In this document: positions 1-8,676 of the stretch, in pieces | How positions within the stretch are numbered: position 1 is the first letter of the stretch | Layout of the letters: the number at the start of each line of letters is the position of its first letter | Assembly (NCBI GenBank): GCA_964526585.1 | Contig: CAZGIN010000001.1 | Span: forward strand, 1 to 36,962 | Direction: 5' to 3' | From: an uncultured Methanosarcinales archaeon | GTDB lineage: Archaea; Nanobdellota; Nanobdellia; Woesearchaeales; CAZGIN01 | Length of the DNA: 36,962 nt | The notes under the pieces: generated by a model | Databases searched by the model: none | What the model was told of the DNA's origin: nothing | The model's input: only the letters and a program-made list of their open reading frames with translations | Made by a program: the position numbers and the translations under genes

Positions 1-103
1 TAATTGCGCCTTCTCCTAACGCTCAGAAGTATTATCAATAACAGATAGACCCACCATGGTATGTTTGTCACAAGCTTCAGCGCCCATAATACAAACTCCT
101 GCA

Positions 104-319
104 TCATTTGCATTCTCCCTCATAGTATTTTTGCACTGTCTGGCACGCAACACAATTGTTGGAATATGTATTTCCATCTTCTCCGCATACAGGCTCATAT
201 ACAGCAGTGCAATACCTTCCGATCTCAGCTGGGCAGTCTGTATACTTGATCTCATCATGTGCACAGCCTGCTGCGAATGCCAATAATATCATAGCCAAAA
301 GCAGATATCTCATATTCAT
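104..319 (-). CDS. Kazal-type serine protease inhibitor domain lipoprotein
   Basis: 71-aa ORF. N-terminal hydrophobic signal ends in a lipobox-like LAFAAGC. Six Cys have Kazal spacing, including the core ...YEPVCGEDGNTYSNNCVAC...GEC. ATG at 317-319. Confidence 0.7.
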   Translation of the reverse strand: MNMRYLLLAMILLAFAAGCAHDEIKYTDCPAEIGRYCTAVYEPVCGEDGNTYSNNCVACQTVQKYYEGECK

Positions 320-387
320 ATCAATATCTCAGCCCTTTTTATTGTTTTTGGATTAGTTTTAAAAATAAGTCCAGCTTTTGTATTTCC

Positions 388-726
388 ATGGTTATTGATT
401 ATATCGTATTGAGTACAAGGCATGCTCCTCCCTTGCCTGAAGGAACTACTGAAAAAGTCCGTTATGGTACTCCTTTTAATGTGTTCCTTGTGGAGAGCTC
501 TTTAAATGGGGAGTACAAGACTGTTAGGGATGTGTTCCATGTTCCTGATCCTGTTGCTATAGGCCCTTGGCCCAAACCGATCAGGCTTTCAGGAGATAGC
601 ATAGAGTATAAGCGTATAATTAAGCATCTCGGTAGAGGGCTTGTCCAGAGCAATCCTCTCAATTCAGAAGATGATGCCAGAAGCTATATGCTTTCTTTTG
701 TAGAAAAGCCTTCTGAAGAGGATTAA
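388..726 (+). CDS. hypothetical protein
   Basis: 112-aa ORF with ordinary, non-low-complexity composition. Convergent with folA, overlapping it by 4 nt. No motif recognised. Confidence 0.4.
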   Translation: MVIDYIVLSTRHAPPLPEGTTEKVRYGTPFNVFLVESSLNGEYKTVRDVFHVPDPVAIGPWPKPIRLSGDSIEYKRIIKHLGRGLVQSNPLNSEDDARSYMLSFVEKPSEED

Positions 727-1187
727 CCAGTCTTTCTTTTGTATCTCTTGAATATGAAATCAGGATATTCTTTTTCTTCAACTATTTCCCATTCGTTATC
801 ATCCCATCTTGGGAAGAATGCATCTCCTGGGATGGATCTCTTCACCCATGACAGCTGCATCTCATCAGCAAGAGGTAAAAACTGTGCATATATCGAAGCC
901 CCTCCAATAATAAACACATCAACACCATAAGATTTAGCTTTCTCAACAGCCTCAGGTATGCTTAATACTACATCCACTCCTGGAATATCGACAGGATCTT
1001 TTGATAATACTATATTGTTTCGGTTTGGCAAAGGTCTCCCGATAGACCTAAACGTATTAAGCCCCATTATACATGTATTTCCTGAAGTAGTTTCCCTGAA
1101 GTGCTTCATGTCATCTGGGATGTTCCATGGAAGCGTATTTTTCACGCCTATTGCTAAGTCTGGAGCTACTGAGCATATTAGTTTCAT
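723..1187 (-). CDS. folA: dihydrofolate reductase
   Basis: 154 aa. N-terminus ...IGVKNTLPWNIPDDMKHFRETTSGNTCIMGLNTFRSIGRPLPNRNNIVLS matches the DHFR fold signature (LPW, hF, GR.T). Lies directly downstream of thyA. Confidence 0.9.
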   Translation of the reverse strand: MKLICSVAPDLAIGVKNTLPWNIPDDMKHFRETTSGNTCIMGLNTFRSIGRPLPNRNNIVLSKDPVDIPGVDVVLSIPEAVEKAKSYGVDVFIIGGASIYAQFLPLADEMQLSWVKRSIPGDAFFPRWDDNEWEIVEEKEYPDFIFKRYKRKTG

Positions 1188-1251
1188 CCTATTACCTCTT
1201 TATTAGTCTTATTTTTCTTATATAAATATTTTATTACTTGGGCCATTTTTT

Positions 1252-2118
1252 CTATACAGCAACGTTAAATTTTATCCTTGGATGTTTTTGGTATCCTTCT
1301 ACTATCGTATCAGTATACTTCCATTCAAATATTGATTTAAAGTTTTCTGTCCTTATCTTTGGGAGAGGATAAGGCTCTCTTTTGATCTGTTCTTTCAGTC
1401 CTTCTACATGATTTTGGTATATATGTGTGTCTGCTAGGAATCCTACCAGTTTTCCTTCTTGTAATCTTGTTTCCTTTGCAAGTAGGTGCAATAGCAACGC
1501 ATATGATGCGATATTAAACGGCAATCCCAATGCAACATCAACACTGCGCTGGTTCCAGAGCAGATTCAGCTTGCCGTTTATCACAGTTACCTGAAATCCG
1601 TAATGGCATGCTGGCAGTGCCATCTCTTTTAGGTTGACAGGATTCCATGCTGTTACTATCATACGTCTGTCATTTGGGTTTGTCTTCAGCTTCTCAATAA
1701 GATTTCTTAATTGGTCAACACCTTCTCCTATAGGGGGCTTGTCATATGCTGAATATTTTGCCCCGATGTTTCTCCATTGCCATCCGTATACTGGCCCCAG
1801 ATCGCGCTCTTCCATCATCTTTCTTTGAGTTTCCTCATCATGTCCATATGGAACTTTCAAAGGTGTGCACCATTCATCCCAGATGTGGTTTTCCCTGTCT
1901 TGAAGCCATCTTTTGTCTGTTATGCCTTTGATAAAAAATTCCAGTTCTGAAGCTACAAGTCTTAGAGGGACTGATTTTGTCGTCAACAGAGGAAACCCTT
2001 TGCTCATGTCATGCTCAAACATGGCTCCTGCTATGGCTATTGTCCCTGTTCCTGTCCTGTCATCTTTGACAGCTCCTTCCTCAAGAATTCTTTTTACAAT
2101 ATCCAGATATGCTTTCAT
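1252..2118 (-). CDS. thyA: thymidylate synthase (ThyA type)
   Basis: 288 aa with DRTGTGT, the active-site region ALPACHYGFQ, and RSVDVALGLPFNIASYALL. These are classical ThyA motifs. Confidence 0.95.
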   Translation of the reverse strand: MKAYLDIVKRILEEGAVKDDRTGTGTIAIAGAMFEHDMSKGFPLLTTKSVPLRLVASELEFFIKGITDKRWLQDRENHIWDEWCTPLKVPYGHDEETQRKMMEERDLGPVYGWQWRNIGAKYSAYDKPPIGEGVDQLRNLIEKLKTNPNDRRMIVTAWNPVNLKEMALPACHYGFQVTVINGKLNLLWNQRSVDVALGLPFNIASYALLLHLLAKETRLQEGKLVGFLADTHIYQNHVEGLKEQIKREPYPLPKIRTENFKSIFEWKYTDTIVEGYQKHPRIKFNVAV

Positions 2119-2165
2119 CCTTGCCCACCAAATTGTTGAGAATTAGCTTAAATATAAAGTTTTGG

Positions 2166-2594
2166 TTAGCTTATCTCCACCTTATCCCCTGCTTCTAATC
2201 CTATCTTGGAAACAGTCCCTGCATTCACTTCAAGCACATACAGCGCTGCTTTTCCAGGGCGTATGCTGTCACAGGAAGAAGTCTTGCATGGCTGAACATT
2301 CTCTGCTATAAACACTACATCATCGTTTGCATCGATCCATATCATGTCTAAAGGTATCAATGTATCCTTCATCCAGAATGAATATATCCCTGGCTGTTCG
2401 AACACGAACAGCATTCCCGAATCAGGGTCTAAGCTCTCCCGATGCATCAATCCTGTAGCTCTCTCTTGAGGTGTATCTGCTATCTCAACATTAAAACATC
2501 TCTCTTCAAAGCATGCTTTTGGTGTTGCGCATCCTGCTAGTAATATTAAGAAGAAGATGCAGAATCCAGCTCGGTTTTTCTTGCCAGCAGCCAT
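2166..2594 (-). CDS. DUF192 domain lipoprotein
   Basis: 142 aa. Signal peptide plus LLAGC lipobox. ERATGLMHRESLDPDSGMLFVF...IPLDMIWID is typical of DUF192 (COG1430). Overlaps the 3' end of the upstream gene by 49 nt. Confidence 0.7.
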   Translation of the reverse strand: MAAGKKNRAGFCIFFLILLAGCATPKACFEERCFNVEIADTPQERATGLMHRESLDPDSGMLFVFEQPGIYSFWMKDTLIPLDMIWIDANDDVVFIAENVQPCKTSSCDSIRPGKAALYVLEVNAGTVSKIGLEAGDKVEIS

Positions 2595-3085
2595 AGATAG
2601 TCTGACAGCCTGTTCAAGTATTTAAGTATTAGCTTGTTCTCCAATAGCTGGTTCTGGTCCAATACAACAACGCATCTCTCAGCTCTTCTGCACACAGTGC
2701 GCGCCAGCTCCAATAAAGCACTGTTCCAGTTTTCTCCTGGGATCGACCAAGTCCTCATGACATCATATTTTTTCTCTATGTCTTTTCCTTTTTGTTCAAG
2801 AAAATCTATGTGTGATTGCCCTATCTTTTTCTTTGCTATCTTCAGCTTGTAGTCATCATATAAGGTTGTTGCAAGTTCTGCATTGATCATGAATGTCTCT
2901 TTTTGTATCTTCAGTATGTCTTTCTTTATCTCGTTATCCATCAAAGCTGCTCTTATCAGCCCTAGCGCTGCATTCAGCTCATCTACAGTCCCATAGGCAT
3001 CGACGCGCAAGTTATGTTTAGGCGCTACCCTTCCGTACATTATGTTTGTGTTTCCTTTGTCACCGATCTTTGTTGTTATGCCCAT
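2546..3085 (-). CDS. pduO: ATP:cob(I)alamin adenosyltransferase, PduO type
   Basis: 179 aa. N-terminus TKIGDKGNT......RV.K...RVDAYGTVDELNAALG and C-terminus YLNRLSDYLWLLAR are the PduO/MMAB family hallmarks. Start lies 1 nt after the nrdJ stop. Confidence 0.85.
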   Translation of the reverse strand: MGITTKIGDKGNTNIMYGRVAPKHNLRVDAYGTVDELNAALGLIRAALMDNEIKKDILKIQKETFMINAELATTLYDDYKLKIAKKKIGQSHIDFLEQKGKDIEKKYDVMRTWSIPGENWNSALLELARTVCRRAERCVVVLDQNQLLENKLILKYLNRLSDYLWLLARKTELDSASSS

Positions 3086-3086
3086 C

Positions 3087-5144
3087 TTATTCAGCCACTA
3101 GTGCAGCTTCCACCTCTTTTACTTTTTCGTTCACTTCGCTTATATTAAAGACTTGGTTTCCTCTTGATCCGTCTCTGTAGATAGTCACTCCTTTGCAGCC
3201 TAGCTTCCATGCTAAAAGGAACGCCTCTTTTATGTCTTCTAGTGTAGCATGATTAGAAAAATTTATTGTTTTTGATATTGCGCTGTCTACATGCTCCTGC
3301 AGCGCTGCCTGCGTCTTCACATGATATTCAGGAGAGATCTCGTGCGCTACTGCAAATACTTTTTTCAGCTCTTCTGGTATGCCTTCTATGGATGCTAAGC
3401 TTCCTCTTTCTGCTACTTTTTTCATCAGCTCTTCTGAGTATATTCCTTCTTCTTTTGCTGCTTCTCTGAAATATTCATTTACATACACGAATTTCTGCCC
3501 TCCTAATACGTTCTTGATGTATCCTAGCCCGAAGTTTGGCTCGCATCCTGAGCTTGTCCCTGATATCATGCTTATTGTTCCTGTAGGCCCTATCGATGTT
3601 ACTGTTGAGTTTCTCATGAATATGTTTTTCCTTACATAGATGCTCTTTGCATAGTCTTTGAAAGGCCCTTTTGTTTCTCCTAATTCTTGTGATTTTTCAT
3701 GCGCTTCTTTCTGTATGAATGCCATTATCTTTTTTGCTGTCTTTATGCCTTCTTCTGAATTGTAAGGTATCCTTAGTTGGTAGAGCATGTCTGCATATCC
3801 CATCAGCCCTAGCCCTATCTTTCTCGTTCTTTTGCTCATCTCTTCAAATTTTTTGGATGGGAACTCAGTCAAGTCAAGCGCGCAGTCTAGTAGTTCAACT
3901 CCTGTCCTTACTGTTGTCTTTAGCCTGTCCCAGTTTATTGTCTTGTTCTTCACCATGTTTGCCAGGTTTACTGATCCCATCACTGCTGACTCATAAGGAA
4001 GTAAAGGAAGTTCTCCGCAAGGGTCTGTCGCTTCGATATCTCCCAATCCTTTCAGCGGATGCATATCATTTATCCTGTCTATAAATAGTAATCCTGGCTC
4101 TCCTGTTTCCCATGCCTGCCTTACTATTAGGTCAAATACTTTTTTTGCGCTTGCTTTTCCTGTCTCTCTTCCTGTGAAAGGATCGGTTAATGGATAGTTC
4201 TCTTCTTTCTCCAGCGCTTCCATGAACTCGTTTGTTATCGCAACCGATATGTTGAAGTTTTGCAGCTCATCCAGGTCTTTCTTTGAGGTTATGAACGCTA
4301 CTATGTCAGGATGGTCTGCTCTTAGCACTCCCATGTTTGCTCCTCTTCCGCTTCCCTGCTTTATCGTCTCTGTCTCAAAATCGATAAGTTTCATGAAGCT
4401 TACAGGCCCTGTTGCATTTCCGTTTGTCATCGTTACTTTGCTTCCTTTTGGCCTTATCGATGAGAAATCAAATCCTGTTCCTGCTCCTGCTTTGTGTATG
4501 AGTGAAGCGTGCTTCACTGATTCAAATATCCCTTTTATGCTGTCAGGGATAGGCAGTACATAGCATGACTGCAGCTGTCGGCTTCTTAGGTTTGCATTTG
4601 CTAGTATCCTTCCTGATGGGATAAAATCCAAGGTGTGCATTATGTTGTGGAAATTGTTCTCTGCATCTGTTGCGTGTATCTCCTTGCTTGCCAATGCTCT
4701 TGCCACCCTTTTGAACATCTGTGCAGGAGTTTCTATTATCTTGCCTGTATCATCTCTTGCAAGATATTTTGCTGCTACTATCCTCACTTGGTTTAGGTCT
4801 AGTTTAGAATCATCTATCAGCCCGTCTAGTATCTCTTTTTTCTGCTCCCTTAGTTTTGATCTTTCCTGCCTGTATAGTATGAATGCTTTTGCTGTGGCTG
4901 CATGTCCTTCTTCTATTAAGACTTTCTCTATAAGGTCTTGTATCTCCTCAACTGCAGGTATGCTGTTTGCGTGGAACTTCTCGTTAAGGACGTCAACGAC
5001 CCTATCTGCTACTTCTTCTGCTGTTTTCCTGTCTGAGCCGCCTGCTGCCTGTGCTGATTTGAACACTGCTTGGACTAGCCTTTCATAGTTGAACAGCACT
5101 ATGCTGCCGTCCCTTTTCCTTACTTTGGTTATCTTGTTTTGCAT
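3087..5144 (-). CDS. nrdJ: class II (adenosylcobalamin-type) ribonucleotide reductase paralog with N-terminal ATP-cone and divergent active-site motif
   Basis: 685 aa. ATP-cone (VRKRDGSIVLFNYERLVQAV...), RNR barrel motifs (GGGTGFDFS-like AGAGTGFDFSSIRPKG, SIGPTGTIS, TIYRDGSR). The canonical [21 protein letters not shown] reads DPCGELPLLPYESAVMGSVNL here. Confidence 0.9.
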   Translation of the reverse strand: MQNKITKVRKRDGSIVLFNYERLVQAVFKSAQAAGGSDRKTAEEVADRVVDVLNEKFHANSIPAVEEIQDLIEKVLIEEGHAATAKAFILYRQERSKLREQKKEILDGLIDDSKLDLNQVRIVAAKYLARDDTGKIIETPAQMFKRVARALASKEIHATDAENNFHNIMHTLDFIPSGRILANANLRSRQLQSCYVLPIPDSIKGIFESVKHASLIHKAGAGTGFDFSSIRPKGSKVTMTNGNATGPVSFMKLIDFETETIKQGSGRGANMGVLRADHPDIVAFITSKKDLDELQNFNISVAITNEFMEALEKEENYPLTDPFTGRETGKASAKKVFDLIVRQAWETGEPGLLFIDRINDMHPLKGLGDIEATDPCGELPLLPYESAVMGSVNLANMVKNKTINWDRLKTTVRTGVELLDCALDLTEFPSKKFEEMSKRTRKIGLGLMGYADMLYQLRIPYNSEEGIKTAKKIMAFIQKEAHEKSQELGETKGPFKDYAKSIYVRKNIFMRNSTVTSIGPTGTISMISGTSSGCEPNFGLGYIKNVLGGQKFVYVNEYFREAAKEEGIYSEELMKKVAERGSLASIEGIPEELKKVFAVAHEISPEYHVKTQAALQEHVDSAISKTINFSNHATLEDIKEAFLLAWKLGCKGVTIYRDGSRGNQVFNISEVNEKVKEVEAALVAE

Positions 5145-5146
5145 CT

Positions 5147-5803
5147 CTAGTCTCTTCTTATTATTGTTACCTTGTGGTCTCCGCGGAATAGTGCCGGAAT
5201 ATTGGATGGGCTAGCCACATAGATCCTATCAACACATTCACCATATTTCCTAAATTCTTTTTGAAGAGTATCTATCAGCTTTGTTCTTCCTTCTCCAGGC
5301 TCTGCTACATAATGCAGCCTTACCCCTGGAGGTCTTGTCTTTCCCTTTTGATTAAGCAGTCTTCTTCCCAGCCATTCAGCTGTCACTAGTGCTTGCAGCT
5401 CGCTTTGGCCTGGTTCAAGCCTTGTATCTAGAACATATTTTTGTGCTTCTGGGCTTGCTTTTCCTATGACTGTTATCCCTTCGATTTGCTTTACCTCTTC
5501 TGTAGTAGGGTAGTATGATGCTATATTTTCTCCTCTGTACTGGTTGATGCTCGCAGCCAATCCTAGTCCTACTATTCCTAATCCAAGGGATTCAGCTTTC
5601 TCTTGCAGCTGTTCATCTTTCAGGACTTCTGGAACGCTTGTCATGTCTTCAAGTTTCAGAGAAGTGCTTACGACAACAACAAATCTGTCTCCTTGAGTAA
5701 AGCTACCGCTTAAGTAATAAGGAACATAGCTTATATTAATAAGATCTGTTGGTTCACAAATCAGTTCTTCCGGAACATGTATGAAGTGCGCAAGTCTTGC
5801 CAC
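5147..5803 (-). CDS. hypothetical protein encoded between the two RNR paralogs
   Basis: 218 aa. GTG start preceded by GGAGG about 7 nt upstream, inside the end of the upstream nrdJ. Its stop is 2 nt from the next start. No recognisable motif. Confidence 0.6.
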   Translation of the reverse strand: MARLAHFIHVPEELICEPTDLINISYVPYYLSGSFTQGDRFVVVVSTSLKLEDMTSVPEVLKDEQLQEKAESLGLGIVGLGLAASINQYRGENIASYYPTTEEVKQIEGITVIGKASPEAQKYVLDTRLEPGQSELQALVTAEWLGRRLLNQKGKTRPPGVRLHYVAEPGEGRTKLIDTLQKEFRKYGECVDRIYVASPSNIPALFRGDHKVTIIRRD

Positions 5804-5818
5804 TTTCTTCCTCCATTT

Positions 5819-8452
5819 TTAGTCGCCGCAGCTTTTTACCAGTTTGCCGTCTACCAGCTCTACTTTGCAGGCTCCCCCTACGACTTTTACGTCATCTCTC
5901 TTTTTTGGAGCGTCTTCCTCTGCTTCATGTATTATGTAGCTGCTGTCTTTCTGCATCTCGTGGAATGGTGTTGTCAGCCTCCCATCCGGAGTTATCATGA
6001 CTTCATCCCCTTTGATGATCTTCTCTTCTGCTACCTGCATTACGCGGTATTTCTTCTCTTTTGCTGTTGAAAACTTTGTCTGCTGCTGTGCTACGCTCAG
6101 TATAGGAAATCTGCTCCCGTCTCTGTAAATGGTTATCCCTTTAAGTTTTTTTCTCCATGCCTGCAGGTATACGTCGCTTATCACTTCAGGCTCTATGCTT
6201 TCAGGCAGGTTTACTGTGCTTGAGATGCTGTGGTCGATATATCTTTGGCATGTTGATTGAACTTCCACTCTTTTTTCTGGTTTTATGTAGTGTGCTGTCC
6301 TGAAGAAGTGCTCTGGCAGTACTTTCATCAGCTCTTCTGTTGTCTGCGCCTCATTTACTTTTTCCTGAAGTTCATTCTTGTCTATGTATGCCTGTACTGT
6401 CGGATGGAATATCTTGTATACCTTGTTGCCGAAGCTTTCGGATCTTCTTTGGTAATACAGGGAGAATATGGGCTCTATTCCTCCGCTTACTCCTACATAG
6501 TTCTTGTTTCCGTCTTTGTATCCCAGTATGACATTTGATATTGTTCCTGTTGGCGCTATTGACAGTACTGCTACATTCCTCAGTCCGTATTTTTTGATCA
6601 TCTCTTGTGTTTCTTCATCCAATACTTCCTGGAAGAATGGGTTTTGTGCATATACGTCATAGTTCCATATCGGTATCGGCCCTTTTTCTGCTGCCAGCTG
6701 CGCGCTTGCTTGGTATGATACGTTTGCTATGAAGCTCGCTACCTTGTCCATGGTTGCTATTCCTTCTTCTGAGTCATAGCCTATCCCTAGCTGGTTTAGC
6801 ATGTCTGCTATCCCCATATATCCCAGTCCTATCCTTCTTGTCTCTTTTGCTGCTTTTCTTTGTTTTTCTAATGGGTTTAGCGTCTGGTTCCATGATATGA
6901 CATTATCAAGAAATCTTACTATGTCTTGCACAGAGTTTTTTATCATCTTCCAGTCTATCCTTGCGTCTGGTGTATATCCGTTTACTACGCATCTTGACAG
7001 GTTGATGCTTGCCAGGTTGCATGCTCCCCCATCTTCTAATGGAACTTCTCCGCATGGGTTTGTCGATGCTATTGGCTTTCCCAGATAGTTTGATGGAGAG
7101 TATTTTGTCATTGTGCTCCAGAATATCAGTCCTGGCTCTGCTGTCTTATAGTTTCCTTTCACGAATTCGTTCCAGATGTCTTTTGCTTTCACCAGGTTCT
7201 TCACTGCTCCTGCCTGCGCTGAGCTGTAGTACAGCATGAAGTCTCCTGCGTATTTTATCGCAAGGTCATACTTTTCATTCTCCATTGTAAGCACATAGTC
7301 TCCGAACATGTCTCTGTTGTCCTTGTCATCAAGCTGCTCTTTTGCGACTAGCACATTGTGGTTTTCTGTCAGGAACTCGTTCAGCTTCTCTATGTTGTCA
7401 AAGTCAGCATAAAGTTCATATTCTTCAATATCCTTGCTTGGTATGTTGTGAGCATAGTTTGTCTCTTTTGAGTTATGGTACTGGTCCATTATTGCTTTGT
7501 TCTGCTTTTTGTATACAAGTATCCTGTTTGGGCCGTAGCTTTTCTGCTCTTCTACTGCCTGCATGAACTCATCTGATACCTTGACTGATATGTTTGCAAA
7601 CCTGATCTGGGTGTTGTCTCTTACTTGTTTTTCTATCTCTGCAAGGTGCTTGTCATCAAACATTCCTGACATCTTGCATTGGTGTATTATCTGGCTCGTC
7701 ACCCAGTTGTTCTTCTGCTTCACGTTTATGAAATCGAGGATATCAGGGTGCTTTACATCTATCGTCAGCATCAGTGCCCCTCTTCTTCCTGATTGCCCTA
7801 TCAGCCCTGTTGTCAGTGAGTATATCTCCATGAAGCTTACTGCTCCTGTGCTCTTGTCTGCTGCGTTATGCACTACTGAATTTCTTGGCCTTAGGTTTGA
7901 TATGTCTACTCCTATCCCTCCTCCATAAGAATAGGTGCGGGCGCATTCGTACGCTGTCTGGTATATGCTCTCTATGTTGTCTTCCTCTATCAAGGAGACA
8001 AAGCAGTTCGCTAGTGTCTTTAGCCTGTACAGGTCTCCAGCTCCTGCTATCACTCTTCCTCCTGGCAGGAATATTCCTTCATATAATAGCTTGTAGAACT
8101 TTTCTGAGTATATCTTTTGTTTCTCATGGTTTTCTTCGAGTGATGCTATCGCTGCTGCCAGCCTTGTGAACACATCCTCAGGCCTTTTTTCTATGCAGTT
8201 GCCTTCAAAGTTCTTGAGATAGTACTTCCTTTTGTATATGTCATGCACTAGTTCTGATTCTCCGATATAGTTATTCTCAGGGTGCATAGGCAGCTCCCCT
8301 TTTCTCTGAAGCTCTCTAAGGTGCCTATAGAGGGTCTTGTATGCTGCGATCTTTTCAGGGCTTACCAGCTTCAGCAGCTTTGTCTTATGTTCAAACATGC
8401 TTTCAAATTCAGGAGAAATAATCTTCTCTGCCTGCAGTACTTCTTCACTCAT
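5819..8452 (-). CDS. nrdJ: class II ribonucleotide reductase, no ATP-cone, C-terminal Cys pair
   Basis: Motifs LANCFV, NPCGEVPLEDGGACNLASINL, SIAPTGTIS, TIYRDGSR, and C-terminal tail ...GGACKVELVDGKLVKSCGD. The track ORF opens with GTG at 8461. I prefer ATG at 8452 because GAGGTG lies 6 nt upstream of it. Confidence 0.9.
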   Translation of the reverse strand: MSEEVLQAEKIISPEFESMFEHKTKLLKLVSPEKIAAYKTLYRHLRELQRKGELPMHPENNYIGESELVHDIYKRKYYLKNFEGNCIEKRPEDVFTRLAAAIASLEENHEKQKIYSEKFYKLLYEGIFLPGGRVIAGAGDLYRLKTLANCFVSLIEEDNIESIYQTAYECARTYSYGGGIGVDISNLRPRNSVVHNAADKSTGAVSFMEIYSLTTGLIGQSGRRGALMLTIDVKHPDILDFINVKQKNNWVTSQIIHQCKMSGMFDDKHLAEIEKQVRDNTQIRFANISVKVSDEFMQAVEEQKSYGPNRILVYKKQNKAIMDQYHNSKETNYAHNIPSKDIEEYELYADFDNIEKLNEFLTENHNVLVAKEQLDDKDNRDMFGDYVLTMENEKYDLAIKYAGDFMLYYSSAQAGAVKNLVKAKDIWNEFVKGNYKTAEPGLIFWSTMTKYSPSNYLGKPIASTNPCGEVPLEDGGACNLASINLSRCVVNGYTPDARIDWKMIKNSVQDIVRFLDNVISWNQTLNPLEKQRKAAKETRRIGLGYMGIADMLNQLGIGYDSEEGIATMDKVASFIANVSYQASAQLAAEKGPIPIWNYDVYAQNPFFQEVLDEETQEMIKKYGLRNVAVLSIAPTGTISNVILGYKDGNKNYVGVSGGIEPIFSLYYQRRSESFGNKVYKIFHPTVQAYIDKNELQEKVNEAQTTEELMKVLPEHFFRTAHYIKPEKRVEVQSTCQRYIDHSISSTVNLPESIEPEVISDVYLQAWRKKLKGITIYRDGSRFPILSVAQQQTKFSTAKEKKYRVMQVAEEKIIKGDEVMITPDGRLTTPFHEMQKDSSYIIHEAEEDAPKKRDDVKVVGGACKVELVDGKLVKSCGD

Positions 8453-8503
8453 CCACCACACCTCTTGTCCTCTTATTTTGTTTTTGTCTTGTCTATTGAT
8501 TGA

Positions 8504-8598
8504 ATTGGGTTCAATACCCCGTAGCTTGCTACGGCTTCATAACCCAATCCAATGCTTCAAAAACACATATCCCACAGCTTGCTGTGGTTGTGTTTTTG
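8504..8598 (-). promoter_or_regulatory. structured 5' leader of nrdJ: two nested hairpins with the same apical module
   Basis: 8519-8534 ccgtag-cttg-ctacgg sits inside the outer stem 8504-8511/8541-8548. 8572-8587 ccacag-cttg-ctgtgg sits inside the outer stem 8558-8567/8589-8598. The two apical stems differ by compensatory changes. Confidence 0.4.
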
Positions 8599-8676
8599 AT
8601 TTTTCAGTCAGATTATGATCTGTTTTTGACAGCAATACATCTACTTCTTGCTATTATCCAGCTCAAAACATACAAG

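Noticed and set aside
16-286. ORFs 16-264 (-), 56-286 (+) and 61-249 (+) overlapping the Kazal gene
   Set aside because: They have no motifs and overlap an ORF with a clear signal peptide and Kazal Cys pattern.
6900-7450. Intein in the 880-aa NrdJ
   Set aside because: The extra, roughly 110-aa segment lacks intein block A/G signatures: no Cys/Ser at its start and no His-Asn plus Cys/Ser/Thr at its end.
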